This document shows, piece by piece, positions 1 to 8,079 of a stretch of 62,059 bases of DNA. The notes below the pieces were generated by a model. That model worked only from the letters and a program-made list of their open reading frames with translations, was not told the DNA's origin and ran no database searches. Numbering within the stretch: position 1 is the first letter of the stretch; each line of letters starts with the position of its first letter. The stretch lies in assembly GCA_003518055.1 (NCBI GenBank), contig DOZJ01000002.1, positions 378,304 through 440,362 on the forward strand. Reading direction: 5' to 3'. A program made the translations under genes and the position numbers. The DNA is from Candidatus Falkowbacteria bacterium. Its GTDB lineage: Bacteria > Patescibacteriota > Patescibacteriia > UBA11705.

Positions 1-135
1 GAGTTGAAGGCTCGTGTCTATACTTCGAGAGCCTCAGCATGACACGAGGAGTATATGTCCCCCTGAGACAAGCTTGTCCTGAGCCTAGCCGAATGGTCGA
101 AACATAATTATTTTGGCTTACCCCGCATTGAGGCT
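1..135 (+). ncRNA. rnpB: Probable 3' portion of RNase P RNA (window starts inside the gene; 3' end uncertain)
   Basis: By-eye match to the conserved 3' region of bacterial RNase P RNA. CCTAGCCGAATGGTC (84-98) resembles CCUAGAUGAAUGAC, and ACATAA...TTGGCTTAC (102-121) resembles ACAGAAnnCGGCUUA. No ORF; hairpins follow. Recalled from E. coli/B. subtilis sequences, not a covariance-model search. Confidence 0.4.
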
Positions 136-261
136 ACGTCTCTAGTGCGGGGTTACAAAAGCATGCACCGAACTTGTTTCGGGGTGACACGCTGTAGGAA
201 CTAACAGGATTTAATTAATATTATTAGCGCTACTACTGTCTACTGAGTTCTCTTTAAACAC

Positions 262-289
262 ACACCCCAGCTATTCGTGGGTGTTTTTT
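262..289 (+). terminator. Intrinsic terminator-like hairpin plus T-run
   Basis: ACACCC (262-267) pairs with GGGTGT (279-284), followed by a run of Ts. Confidence 0.45.
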
Positions 290-315
290 CTAGTAATAAA
301 AAAGCCGAGTATTAC

Positions 316-591
316 TCAGCTGTTTATATATGATTTTTTACCCGGAGATGGTGGAAACCTCAACGCGAGTTTCCTCTTCCTGGATGCAGCCACGCGATCG
401 CAAATCGTCGCGATCAAACTGCCCAAACAGGCTACCGCCATAATTGACACAAAGAGGGTGATGATAATGTCACCAGCAAGCGTGCCTTTCCAGATAACCA
501 ACGAAAGTAGAGCCAAAACCGCCAAAATCAGCCCGCCGACGCGCACCAAAACATCCTGATAATCTTCCAGCGCGTAGAGGATTCGTTTCAT
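316..591 (-). CDS. Small membrane protein (91 aa, about 2 TM)
   Basis: ORF track. Hydrophobic helices. Its ATG overlaps the stop of the upstream 588..944 ORF (ATGA), suggesting translational coupling. Confidence 0.5.
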   Translation of the reverse strand: MKRILYALEDYQDVLVRVGGLILAVLALLSLVIWKGTLAGDIIITLFVSIMAVACLGSLIATICDRVAASRKRKLALRFPPSPGKKSYINS

Positions 592-944
592 GCGTCCTCC
601 GGTTCATCCGCGGCTTCATCCAGCCGTTTCTGTTCGCGGGCTCGTTCGACTTGGAGTTCTTCTCGCACCCGTGCCACTTCAGCTGCGAAAGCTTCATCCG
701 ACAGCGTTGACGGTGCAGTCTTGATATTCTGGGGTGAGTGGTGAAAAACCTTTTCCCAATGATATTCCTGTACCGCCTTGACTAGCAGGGTCAATAAGAT
801 TAAAAGTGTAATGGCTGAATAACCGGCGGTGATCGCCTGACCAAAAGTTGACTCAGGGAAAAACAAGGTAGTAATCAGCGCCGACACACCCAAAACCAAT
901 AGAACAATATAAATTATAATTTGATAAACCGTCGCTGATCTCAT
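588..944 (-). CDS. Membrane protein with charged coiled C-terminal tail (118 aa)
   Basis: ORF track. AAGGAGG (rc of 949-955) lies just upstream of the ATG. Two N-terminal TM helices. Confidence 0.6.
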   Translation of the reverse strand: MRSATVYQIIIYIVLLVLGVSALITTLFFPESTFGQAITAGYSAITLLILLTLLVKAVQEYHWEKVFHHSPQNIKTAPSTLSDEAFAAEVARVREELQVERAREQKRLDEAADEPEDA

Positions 945-1078
945 TCCGCCTCCTTGGTTGTATGTGAGGAATAAAAAAGATTATCATATGCAAATCAAGC
1001 TGTCAATGTTGAGATTAAATTACCGAACAAAACTTTCTTGATGCGATTAACAAAAAACGCCAAGTATTACTTGACGAT

Positions 1079-1330
1079 TTATGACTCTTCATCCCGTTTG
1101 GTTCTCTGCTCAATTCGAATGTCAATAATTTCTAGCATGATATGTTCAAATACCGTACCGAGAAAAAGTATTACAACCACCAACCCAAGTACGACAAACG
1201 GATTAATGATTAGAATTGAAAAACAATTGGCTAAGATCACCACCAAACAAGTAACTTCAAGCACCAGAACAAGGCTTAAAAGCGGTAGTAAAGTTCTGAG
1301 CCTGATATCTTTACGTTCGGGTTTGCTCAT
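1079..1330 (-). CDS. Small membrane protein (83 aa)
   Basis: ORF track. AGGAGA Shine-Dalgarno upstream (rc of about 1338-1345). Two TM helices. Preferred over the overlapping + strand ORF 1038..1433, which has no SD and a low-complexity product. Confidence 0.55.
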   Translation of the reverse strand: MSKPERKDIRLRTLLPLLSLVLVLEVTCLVVILANCFSILIINPFVVLGLVVVILFLGTVFEHIMLEIIDIRIEQRTKRDEES

Positions 1331-1379
1331 TTTGGTTCTCCTGTGGCGTCTTAATCCGACGAGGATTAGTTTGTTAAAC

Positions 1380-1460
1380 GATACAAATTACGAATATTTA
1401 CATATGTTACAAATAAGTCAATATCATTTGTAATATTCGTATTAATATGTAATTTGTATC
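1380..1460. repeat. AT-rich nested palindrome (left boundary element of the 1.4-8.1 kb island)
   Basis: Outer arms GATACAAATTAC / GTAATTTGTATC. Inner arms TTACAAAT / ATTTGTAA and ACGAATAT / ATATTCGT. Related to the element at 7970-8079. Confidence 0.7.
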
Positions 1461-1487
1461 TCGTGTGTTATCAATTTTTAATCCTTT

Positions 1488-2660
1488 TTAATACAAATCG
1501 CTCACTTCCCTGTAGCAGTGCTGCTGCATAATATGACTCATGCGCTCATTGTCGCTGCGGATTACCACCAGCATGGATCTGAACCGGCTGGGGGAATCAA
1601 AATTACCCAAGCGGCTAATATCAAGAAACCCGGTTTCTTCCTTGCCTCGGAATAATGAATAGGGAAGGGAGGTGGACATCAAAATCCCTTCTTTGGTCCA
1701 CGGCCGTTCGATCGAAATTTCAAACACTCTCAGCGCTTGGCCGCCATGCTCATCGAGCGCGAACTTGGTGAAGGCCAGCCAATGAATCCATTCGCTGATT
1801 TTTTCGCCGTTAGCCATGATGAAACCAACAGGCCCATGTCCGGTCTGCAATTCCGAGAGATACAACACGCGCGATGGCCCGCCCGGTTCTTTGTGATGAA
1901 TATATTCGTCCGGATTTTCCACGAAAAGCATGCTGTCATTAAAATTTTCCCGGTAGCCTGTTTTGCCAAGGAATGTGACAAACCGCTGAAAGTCGGCCGC
2001 GGATTTACAACCGGTATGCGCCGACGGGAACTTAACTCGGCGGCCATGATTTAGAATATAGTCTAGACCGATATTATCATTGGATGCATTTTTATAACCA
2101 TTGACTTCAAAGGAAAAAACACCGCTGGCGCACGCCACATAAATTGTTTTGACGATGTAGTTGAATATCACCGAAAAAATAATCGTTCCTTTGCGCACAC
2201 AGGTGATTGATGAAGTCGCGCCCGTGATTGACGCCGGAGCTTCGAACATGGCTTCCCATTGAGCGGCGCAGTCAATCGATTCAAACAAATCGCCGATCCG
2301 CTGGAGCGGGTTGGCTTTTGCTAGGGTGTCAATGAAGATTCTAAGTTGTTTTGATCGATCAGTCGGATCGGAAAAGAACATCAGCGGCTGACGCTCTGGG
2401 TCACTGTCACTCGGCCAGCGGTCTTTGTATCGTCCTTCAAGTTCTTCAGTCACCAAAATTCCGTGGCGGTCAAAAGCGGTCAGTCTCTGACTGATGACGA
2501 TTTCGGGAATGGCGTCGAGACCGAGAGTATCGCCTTTGCCGTATCTGACTAATTGCAGCGCTTCGGTCACGGTTGTTTCCATCAGATTGCGCCATGCGGC
2601 AATTAACGCGTTGATACATTCATTGCAATAAACAGCTTCAATCCCTTGCAGCGGTTTCAT
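1488..2660 (-). CDS. Hypothetical protein with weak IMPase/FBPase-superfamily-like metal-binding motifs (390 aa)
   Basis: ORF track (1488..2684). I place the start at MKPLQG (2660), preceded by GGTGGAGG. VTEELEG is followed 26 aa later by FSDPTDRS, which loosely matches EE ... DP[ILV]D[GS][ST]. Weak assignment. Confidence 0.6.
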   Translation of the reverse strand: MKPLQGIEAVYCNECINALIAAWRNLMETTVTEALQLVRYGKGDTLGLDAIPEIVISQRLTAFDRHGILVTEELEGRYKDRWPSDSDPERQPLMFFSDPTDRSKQLRIFIDTLAKANPLQRIGDLFESIDCAAQWEAMFEAPASITGATSSITCVRKGTIIFSVIFNYIVKTIYVACASGVFSFEVNGYKNASNDNIGLDYILNHGRRVKFPSAHTGCKSAADFQRFVTFLGKTGYRENFNDSMLFVENPDEYIHHKEPGGPSRVLYLSELQTGHGPVGFIMANGEKISEWIHWLAFTKFALDEHGGQALRVFEISIERPWTKEGILMSTSLPYSLFRGKEETGFLDISRLGNFDSPSRFRSMLVVIRSDNERMSHIMQQHCYREVSDLY

Positions 2661-2989
2661 CCTGCCTCCACCGGTGGTTGTCAACGTTCTGGTTTTTATC
2701 TTAGGTCGTTATTCCAAAATGTCAATCCACGAACAAGATAGCGTCAAGAAGTTTGAAATTCAAACCTATATTATCAATGGTAACGGAGAGTCTTTGCGGC
2801 CTTTCTTACCTGTGCATGAATCTTATCTATGCCTCTTGACATCGTGTAAAATATACACTATGATAATCGTGTAAGAGTTCCTTACAATTTGTCTGTAGAA
2901 ATGAAGCGTGAGTGTTTAGCGATATTTTGAGATAAAAATATCTTATTTAAGCGTAATTAGGCGATTTTCTTCTAAACTCTGGCAAAATA

Positions 2990-3018
2990 TTGACATTTTC
3001 TCATAAATATGATAAGTT
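2990..3018 (+). promoter_or_regulatory. Sigma70-like promoter for the 3136-7894 operon
   Basis: TTGACA (2990-2995), 17-nt spacer, TAAGTT (3013-3018). A second candidate, TTGACA-17-TATGAT, lies at 2836-2864. Confidence 0.45.
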
Positions 3019-3135
3019 TTTATGTTAAATTTCCTTTAGAATTGATATTGAATTCAGAGGAAATTTTATGTCGTTTGACAACTCACAGTTTATAAGAAAA
3101 ACTCAAACACTCCACACCGATAGAGGGAAAGGATC

Positions 3136-3981
3136 ATGATGAAAGCCATCACGTTGAGTCACGAGGATCGTGTTTATGAAGTAGCAAAGCTGGTCGGTGA
3201 GGACAGCCACGGCCGATACCGTTTGTATCGTTGTCGTGTCCCCGGAGTCGATCGAGAATATCTGCTTCAGATTGCTTCGGAGTTTAAACACAATGGTTCG
3301 TTGGATAAAGCGGCTTTTTTCCTTCGGGAATTGAAGCGCGTGGCTGATGAACTTGAAGCAGAATATAACCGGCTTGAACCGGGGAAGATGTTGAATTACC
3401 ATCTGTCATTCCCTGAACTGGTTGATAGTTTTGTGTGCGAGGAGCAGGGAAATCGCCGGGTCAATGTTCTGGCTTTCCGAAATGTTGACGTTATCAAGCG
3501 GCTGGTGCCGATTGCTAATATTGTTGAAATTGATGCGCTTCGGTGCGATCTGCGCAGCAGCGCTTGGGTCATGGGCAAGCTGTTGAAAATTCTGGTCCTA
3601 ACCCAGAGCATGAAGGTAGTCATCAATCAGGTTAATGGCGCCAATACTCTGCTCGATGCTGATCAGCATTATGTCGTGATCTTTGATTGGGCCGACTCGG
3701 AAATCCAGTCGGGTGAAATTCTTGCGGCCGTCGCCAGACGAGAAATCGGCAACGCCGCGTTCACCGTGATTGACCTCCTTGGAGGTGATTACAAGACGCG
3801 AACATTCCCCGAAGACGAGAGTGAATCCGCTGCCTATGCCGAGTACACGGCTTTTCTGCTGGGAATGGCTGACGGCCATCACAAGGATGCGGCGAAAGCG
3901 CACCGAGATTTTTACGCCGTCGTTGACAAGTATTGGTCGCGTGAGTTCTATCCTTTTACCACACACCCGCGATCCCGTTAA
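3136..3981 (+). CDS. Protein-kinase-fold-like protein, probably a pseudokinase (281 aa)
   Basis: ORF track. WVMGKLLKILVLTQSMKVVINQVNGANTLLDADQHYVVIFDWADS aligns by eye to the kinase catalytic-loop to DFG region (..vvHrDlkpeNiLld....vkliDFg.s). Q replaces the catalytic Asp and FDW replaces DFG. Confidence 0.6.
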   Translation: MMKAITLSHEDRVYEVAKLVGEDSHGRYRLYRCRVPGVDREYLLQIASEFKHNGSLDKAAFFLRELKRVADELEAEYNRLEPGKMLNYHLSFPELVDSFVCEEQGNRRVNVLAFRNVDVIKRLVPIANIVEIDALRCDLRSSAWVMGKLLKILVLTQSMKVVINQVNGANTLLDADQHYVVIFDWADSEIQSGEILAAVARREIGNAAFTVIDLLGGDYKTRTFPEDESESAAYAEYTAFLLGMADGHHKDAAKAHRDFYAVVDKYWSREFYPFTTHPRSR

Positions 3982-4001
3982 ATCGGGAAGGGGAGGGCAA
4001 G

Positions 4002-5171
4002 ATGGGACTTCGGACTCTAACCAGAGATGCCTATACTAATGTTAAATCAAGTGCTACTTTGGGTGGAACCAAAAGTGCTACTCATGCGGCTGAAGAAAGG
4101 GTTCATCGCGGTGAAGGTCTGGATCCGCTAGTTGATCCAAAGGGGCCGCCGCATCTCGGACCGGTTCGCATGTCTTTGCCTAGATATGAGAAAGTGGGAA
4201 ATCTTTGGCGTTTGACCGTCGGCATTCCTATGGCGGTAGAAAAATTGCTTGATACTACTGGGTCAATGGATAACAATGTTAATCTGGCTTTTGAAAACTG
4301 TCAGAAAGAATATGATCTCTATAGAGCTGGTGCTGTTCCTGTCCTTCATCGATATGATGTTCAGATGGCCACAGGTGCCTTCGGTGATGTTGAGGATTTT
4401 ACGAGGCTTGGTTTGCCCTTCTATTGCCGATCGCAGTTTGAGATGGATGAAAAGATCGCGGTTCAGATGTCTCTCATGGTCGCGGCCAAGAAGGGCTGGG
4501 GCAACGGCAAGGAAGACCCCCAGTTTGGCTTGTTTGGCGCTGCCTATTTGACTCAGGCGAGAATCAATGCCTACGGCCTGAAGTCTTATCACTTTACAGT
4601 GTCTGACGAACCCGTTGTGCCCGTAATTAATTATGACTGGCTGAAGCATGTCTTCGGTGATGATGTTTTGACCCATTGCGCGAGAATCGGATACCAGATG
4701 AGCGCCAATAAACTTCCCGATACGGCTCAGGTGGTCAAAGATTTACAGACAAGGGCACACGCATTTTTCCTCCTCGTAGATAATAGTCACTACGTAATTG
4801 AACAGTGGAAGGCTCTCTATGGTTCAGATCATTTCGTTTTTCTCCCGAATGGCACTACGGAGTATATCCATTTTGTGAACGCATGCATTATCGGTTTGAC
4901 CGAAGGTGTTCTTGATCTTCAAACCGCAAGGGAATTTTTGTTGGAGCATAAGCTTTCTCGTCCGGAAGCTGATAGTGTTGTTCGTGCTGTGGCCCATATT
5001 CCTCTTGGAGCTCAGGCTCAGTATCCGAACTTCGATAATCTGCCCAAGGCCGGCGATCTCTTCCGCGAGAAGACTGATCTCTGGCCGGTGGAACCGAGTG
5101 AAGTTGAGAATTCGGAAGCTACCGATGAGACTGCTGATGGCGAAAAGCCCGGCGGACCTGTCTGGCTCTGA
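4002..5171 (+). CDS. von Willebrand factor A (vWA)-like protein (389 aa)
   Basis: ORF track. GGGGAGGG SD. LLDTTGSMDNN resembles the vWA MIDAS motif DxSGSM (TerY-like). 20-nt gap from the upstream gene. Confidence 0.6.
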   Translation: MGLRTLTRDAYTNVKSSATLGGTKSATHAAEERVHRGEGLDPLVDPKGPPHLGPVRMSLPRYEKVGNLWRLTVGIPMAVEKLLDTTGSMDNNVNLAFENCQKEYDLYRAGAVPVLHRYDVQMATGAFGDVEDFTRLGLPFYCRSQFEMDEKIAVQMSLMVAAKKGWGNGKEDPQFGLFGAAYLTQARINAYGLKSYHFTVSDEPVVPVINYDWLKHVFGDDVLTHCARIGYQMSANKLPDTAQVVKDLQTRAHAFFLLVDNSHYVIEQWKALYGSDHFVFLPNGTTEYIHFVNACIIGLTEGVLDLQTAREFLLEHKLSRPEADSVVRAVAHIPLGAQAQYPNFDNLPKAGDLFREKTDLWPVEPSEVENSEATDETADGEKPGGPVWL

Positions 5172-5213
5172 TCTTTAATCCCTGAAATTAACCCCGAACT
5201 GAGGGAGGTGCGC

Positions 5214-6599
5214 ATGACCCGAAAGGTTTATGTGGTCACCGACCTCGGTCCGGGGGATGGTGGCAAGGGCGGAGTCGTTCACAAGATCGCTTCGATGCTG
5301 AAAGCGTTTCTGATTATCAAAGTGGGAGGCGCCCAAGGCAGCCATGGTGTCCGCACTTCGCGAGGTGAAAGCTTTGCGTTCAGTCAGTGGGGCTGTGGCA
5401 CGTTCGAGGGCATTCCGACTCACTTGTCACCTCGATTTATCGTTTCAATTGAAGGATTGTTGAATGAGGCCGAAGCCTTGCGCTATGGCCATGGCGTTCA
5501 CGATCCATTCAGTCTGCTGACGGTTGATCATCTGGCGCTCTGCTCAATTCCGTACCACGGTATTTCCTCGCGGCTAAAAGAATTGGCGCGCGGAAAAAAT
5601 CCGAGAGGTACGATTGGTACGGGAGTCGGCGAAGCTTTTCGCTATGCCCAAAGCCATCCGGAATTAAGTTTGAGAGTCAACGATTTGGCCCGGCCTGATA
5701 TGCGTGAGTTTCTGGCCGCAGTCCGCGATCAGATTACTCACGATCTCGAGCCAGTCATTCAGAGTGGATTTTTTGAAGAAGATGATCCGTTTGTCGAAGA
5801 AAATGTTCAGAAATTATTTGATGATGAGTTCCTGGATTTCATTACCGCTCGGGCCTATGCCTTGGCGCGAAATCTACAGGTAGTGGATCGCGATTATTTA
5901 CGGCAAATGTTCCTGCGTACTAATCGCCCGGCTGTAGTTGAAAGTTCACATGGAGTTCTGACTGATCACTACTGCGGTTTTGAACCGCATACTAGTGCCA
6001 TTCGGACTCTTCCAATGTTCGCGCATTCTATGCTTCGAGACGCTGATTTTGATGGTCAAATTGTCAATATCGGCGTGCATCGCGCATATGAAATCCGCCA
6101 CGGCGCTGGACCAATGCCAACGGCTGATGACGCCATGGGTGAAACTCTTTTGCCCGGCAGTCATAAAGAAGAAAACCGCTGGCAGGGAAAAGTTCGCGTC
6201 GGTCCGCTCGATTTGGTGCTCATGCGCTACGCGATAGCGTGCTGCGGGGGTCCCAAAGCTTTTGACGGACTGGCGATTACTTGGTTTGATCAGGTCCATG
6301 AAAATGGTGACTGGCAAATTTGTGATCATTACAAAAACGCGAAAGACAGAGAGTTTTTCACCCCTGATGGCGAGCTCAAAGTCAGTGTTGGCGACAACAT
6401 TGAACGGCTCATTTATCAGGAAGGTCTTGGGCAACAGCTTCAAGGTTGTATTCCCGAGATCAGTTCGATCCCTGTTCCCTTGAACGCGAACCGCGACGAG
6501 CTCTTCGAGCTCTGCGCCCGCGTTCTGCAGGAAAGACTTTCCGTCCCGGTGAGAATGGTCTCGCTGGGACCGACCGAAACCGACAAGGTCTGCAAGTAA
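5214..6599 (+). CDS. Divergent adenylosuccinate synthetase (PurA/AdSS)-family protein (461 aa)
   Basis: ORF track (5208). ATG at 5214 follows GAGGGAGG. Serial PurA motif matches: DLGPGDGGKGG vs GDEGKGK; GGAQGSHGV vs GGHNAGHT; RGTIGTGVGEAF vs TTGRGIGPAY; VESSHGVLTD...PHTSA vs LEGAQGTLLD...PFVTSS; HGAGPMPT vs GAGPFPTE. Confidence 0.7.
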   Translation: MTRKVYVVTDLGPGDGGKGGVVHKIASMLKAFLIIKVGGAQGSHGVRTSRGESFAFSQWGCGTFEGIPTHLSPRFIVSIEGLLNEAEALRYGHGVHDPFSLLTVDHLALCSIPYHGISSRLKELARGKNPRGTIGTGVGEAFRYAQSHPELSLRVNDLARPDMREFLAAVRDQITHDLEPVIQSGFFEEDDPFVEENVQKLFDDEFLDFITARAYALARNLQVVDRDYLRQMFLRTNRPAVVESSHGVLTDHYCGFEPHTSAIRTLPMFAHSMLRDADFDGQIVNIGVHRAYEIRHGAGPMPTADDAMGETLLPGSHKEENRWQGKVRVGPLDLVLMRYAIACCGGPKAFDGLAITWFDQVHENGDWQICDHYKNAKDREFFTPDGELKVSVGDNIERLIYQEGLGQQLQGCIPEISSIPVPLNANRDELFELCARVLQERLSVPVRMVSLGPTETDKVCK

Positions 6600-6622
6600 C
6601 CCCACAGCACAGGAAGAAGCCA

Positions 6623-7894
6623 ATGACAGATGTGAAAGTTCCCGTGACTCCCGTGTCTCCGACCGCTACTCCGACTCCTGCTTCGTCTCCCGAACCCGTG
6701 GTCGCTCCGCTGCCCGTCGTCGACGAGCTCATCGCACGGCTGAACACGCTCGGCGTCGACCCCGACACGATCAGCAAGATCAAGTCCGAGCTCGGTGCCT
6801 CCAGCCTCGACGACTTGCCGAACCTGACCGAGGAAGATCTCCTCAAGGTCGGCATGAAGGCGCTCCCTGCAAGGAAGCTGGTCCTGGCGCTGAAGCCGGC
6901 AGTCCCGACGGCGGTCGAAGTCGGATCCATGATGGGATCCAGTTCGGCCGATCTCGTCAACCTGCTGGCACCAGTTCCTGAGAGCCGCTCCATGCTCGAC
7001 GGCCTCAGCCTCGTCCAGATCGGGAAGATCGAGCGGACGGTCGTGTCGAACGGCATTCGCGCCGCTCTCGCGAGTCGTGCCGGCCTCTTCGATGTGCCGG
7101 CCTATCTGCTCGAGCTCATGAACGACTTCGTCACCAACCGCATGGAAGAGCCTGCGCCGCAGTCCTACTACGATCTGGAAGACGAGGTTGCGAAGCAGGA
7201 CAACGCCGAGGTTCTGCGCCTGCTCAAGGTCAGCGGTCGCTACACGACGAAGGAACGCAAGCATGAGTTCCTCGGTCGGATCGGTCGCCTCTGGCAGCCG
7301 GCCAAGACCTTCCAGGAGCAGCTCCAGGCCTGGTACGAGGCCTATCTCAAGGTCGCCGGCAGTCCCGCGGCCATGATGGCGGCGATGACAAGCCTCGCTG
7401 GTGGGGGCCGATCCGTTCTGCCGGTCGTCACCTCGACGCCCGACACCTCGCCTCTGCACGACGGTGCTCAGCTCGTGATCCAGTCGATCAATGCAGCATT
7501 CGCCGGACGGAACATCCCCGCGGCCATGGCGCTGGCCTTCGATGCCGAACGCATCAACGCGTTCCTCACGAGCGCGGACGTCATCCGCTATACAGGTTCG
7601 GTCAATCGCGAGGAGCTCGCACGTACGCTGGGCAAGCGGCTCGGCAGTACGCTGGTGACTCCCGACTACCGTCGGCTCGAGAACGTGCTCGTTCAGTTCG
7701 TACTGAGCGTGTACGAGATCGACGCTCGCGCACCGCTCGGTACGCCCCAGGAGCTGCAGTACATCATGGCGCTGTACATGCTCGGCCAGAACATCCCGTG
7801 GGATCGCCTTTTCGATGGCGTGACCAACGAGGGAGGCAGGGCCAGCAACAAGCTCACCGGCATCGGCGGCCGGGGCAAGCGCGACGACCTCTAG
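6623..7894 (+). CDS. Very G+C-rich hypothetical protein with P/T-rich N-terminus and SAM (sterile-alpha-motif)-like segment (423 aa)
   Basis: ORF track frame 6446..7894. I start at ATG 6623, preceded by AGGAAG. Third codon positions are almost all G/C. NLTEEDLLKVGMKALPARKLVLALK resembles the SAM-domain C-terminal consensus. The antisense 488-aa ORF is judged a shadow. Confidence 0.6.
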   Translation: MTDVKVPVTPVSPTATPTPASSPEPVVAPLPVVDELIARLNTLGVDPDTISKIKSELGASSLDDLPNLTEEDLLKVGMKALPARKLVLALKPAVPTAVEVGSMMGSSSADLVNLLAPVPESRSMLDGLSLVQIGKIERTVVSNGIRAALASRAGLFDVPAYLLELMNDFVTNRMEEPAPQSYYDLEDEVAKQDNAEVLRLLKVSGRYTTKERKHEFLGRIGRLWQPAKTFQEQLQAWYEAYLKVAGSPAAMMAAMTSLAGGGRSVLPVVTSTPDTSPLHDGAQLVIQSINAAFAGRNIPAAMALAFDAERINAFLTSADVIRYTGSVNREELARTLGKRLGSTLVTPDYRRLENVLVQFVLSVYEIDARAPLGTPQELQYIMALYMLGQNIPWDRLFDGVTNEGGRASNKLTGIGGRGKRDDL

Positions 7895-7934
7895 TCGTGA
7901 CTCCAAGTTCTTTTTCTGAATAAGTTATAATTTT

Positions 7935-7966
7935 CCGAGTAATTAATAGTTACTCGGTTTTTTTTT
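7935..7966 (+). terminator. Strong intrinsic terminator ending the 3136-7894 operon
   Basis: CCGAGTAA (7935-7942) pairs with TTACTCGG (7950-7957), followed by nine Ts. Confidence 0.8.
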
Positions 7967-7969
7967 GGA

Positions 7970-8079
7970 GATACGAATTACAAATTGGTACAAATAATAC
8001 AAAATTCGCTTGAGAACTATATGTGCGATAGTTATCTGCAATATTTGTAATATTAGTATAAGATTTGTAAATTTGTATC
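7970..8079. repeat. AT-rich nested palindrome (right boundary element of the island)
   Basis: GATACGAATTACAAATT ... AATTTGTAAATTTGTATC, with multiple TACAAAT/ATTTGTA heptamers. Outer arms are near-identical to those at 1380-1460. Confidence 0.65.

Noticed and set aside
5214-6599. PurZ / 2-aminoadenine (Z-genome) cluster
   Set aside because: No datZ-like HD phosphohydrolase, mazZ-like pyrophosphatase, dpoZ or other phage genes are nearby. The resemblance is at family level only.
6440-7906. 488-aa ORF on the minus strand (plus 198-aa and smaller ORFs) antisense to the G+C-rich gene
   Set aside because: The product is R/G/D/H-rich low-complexity, typical of an antisense shadow in high-GC DNA. 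There is no SD. The + strand frame has G/C-dominated third positions, an SD, and fits the operon.
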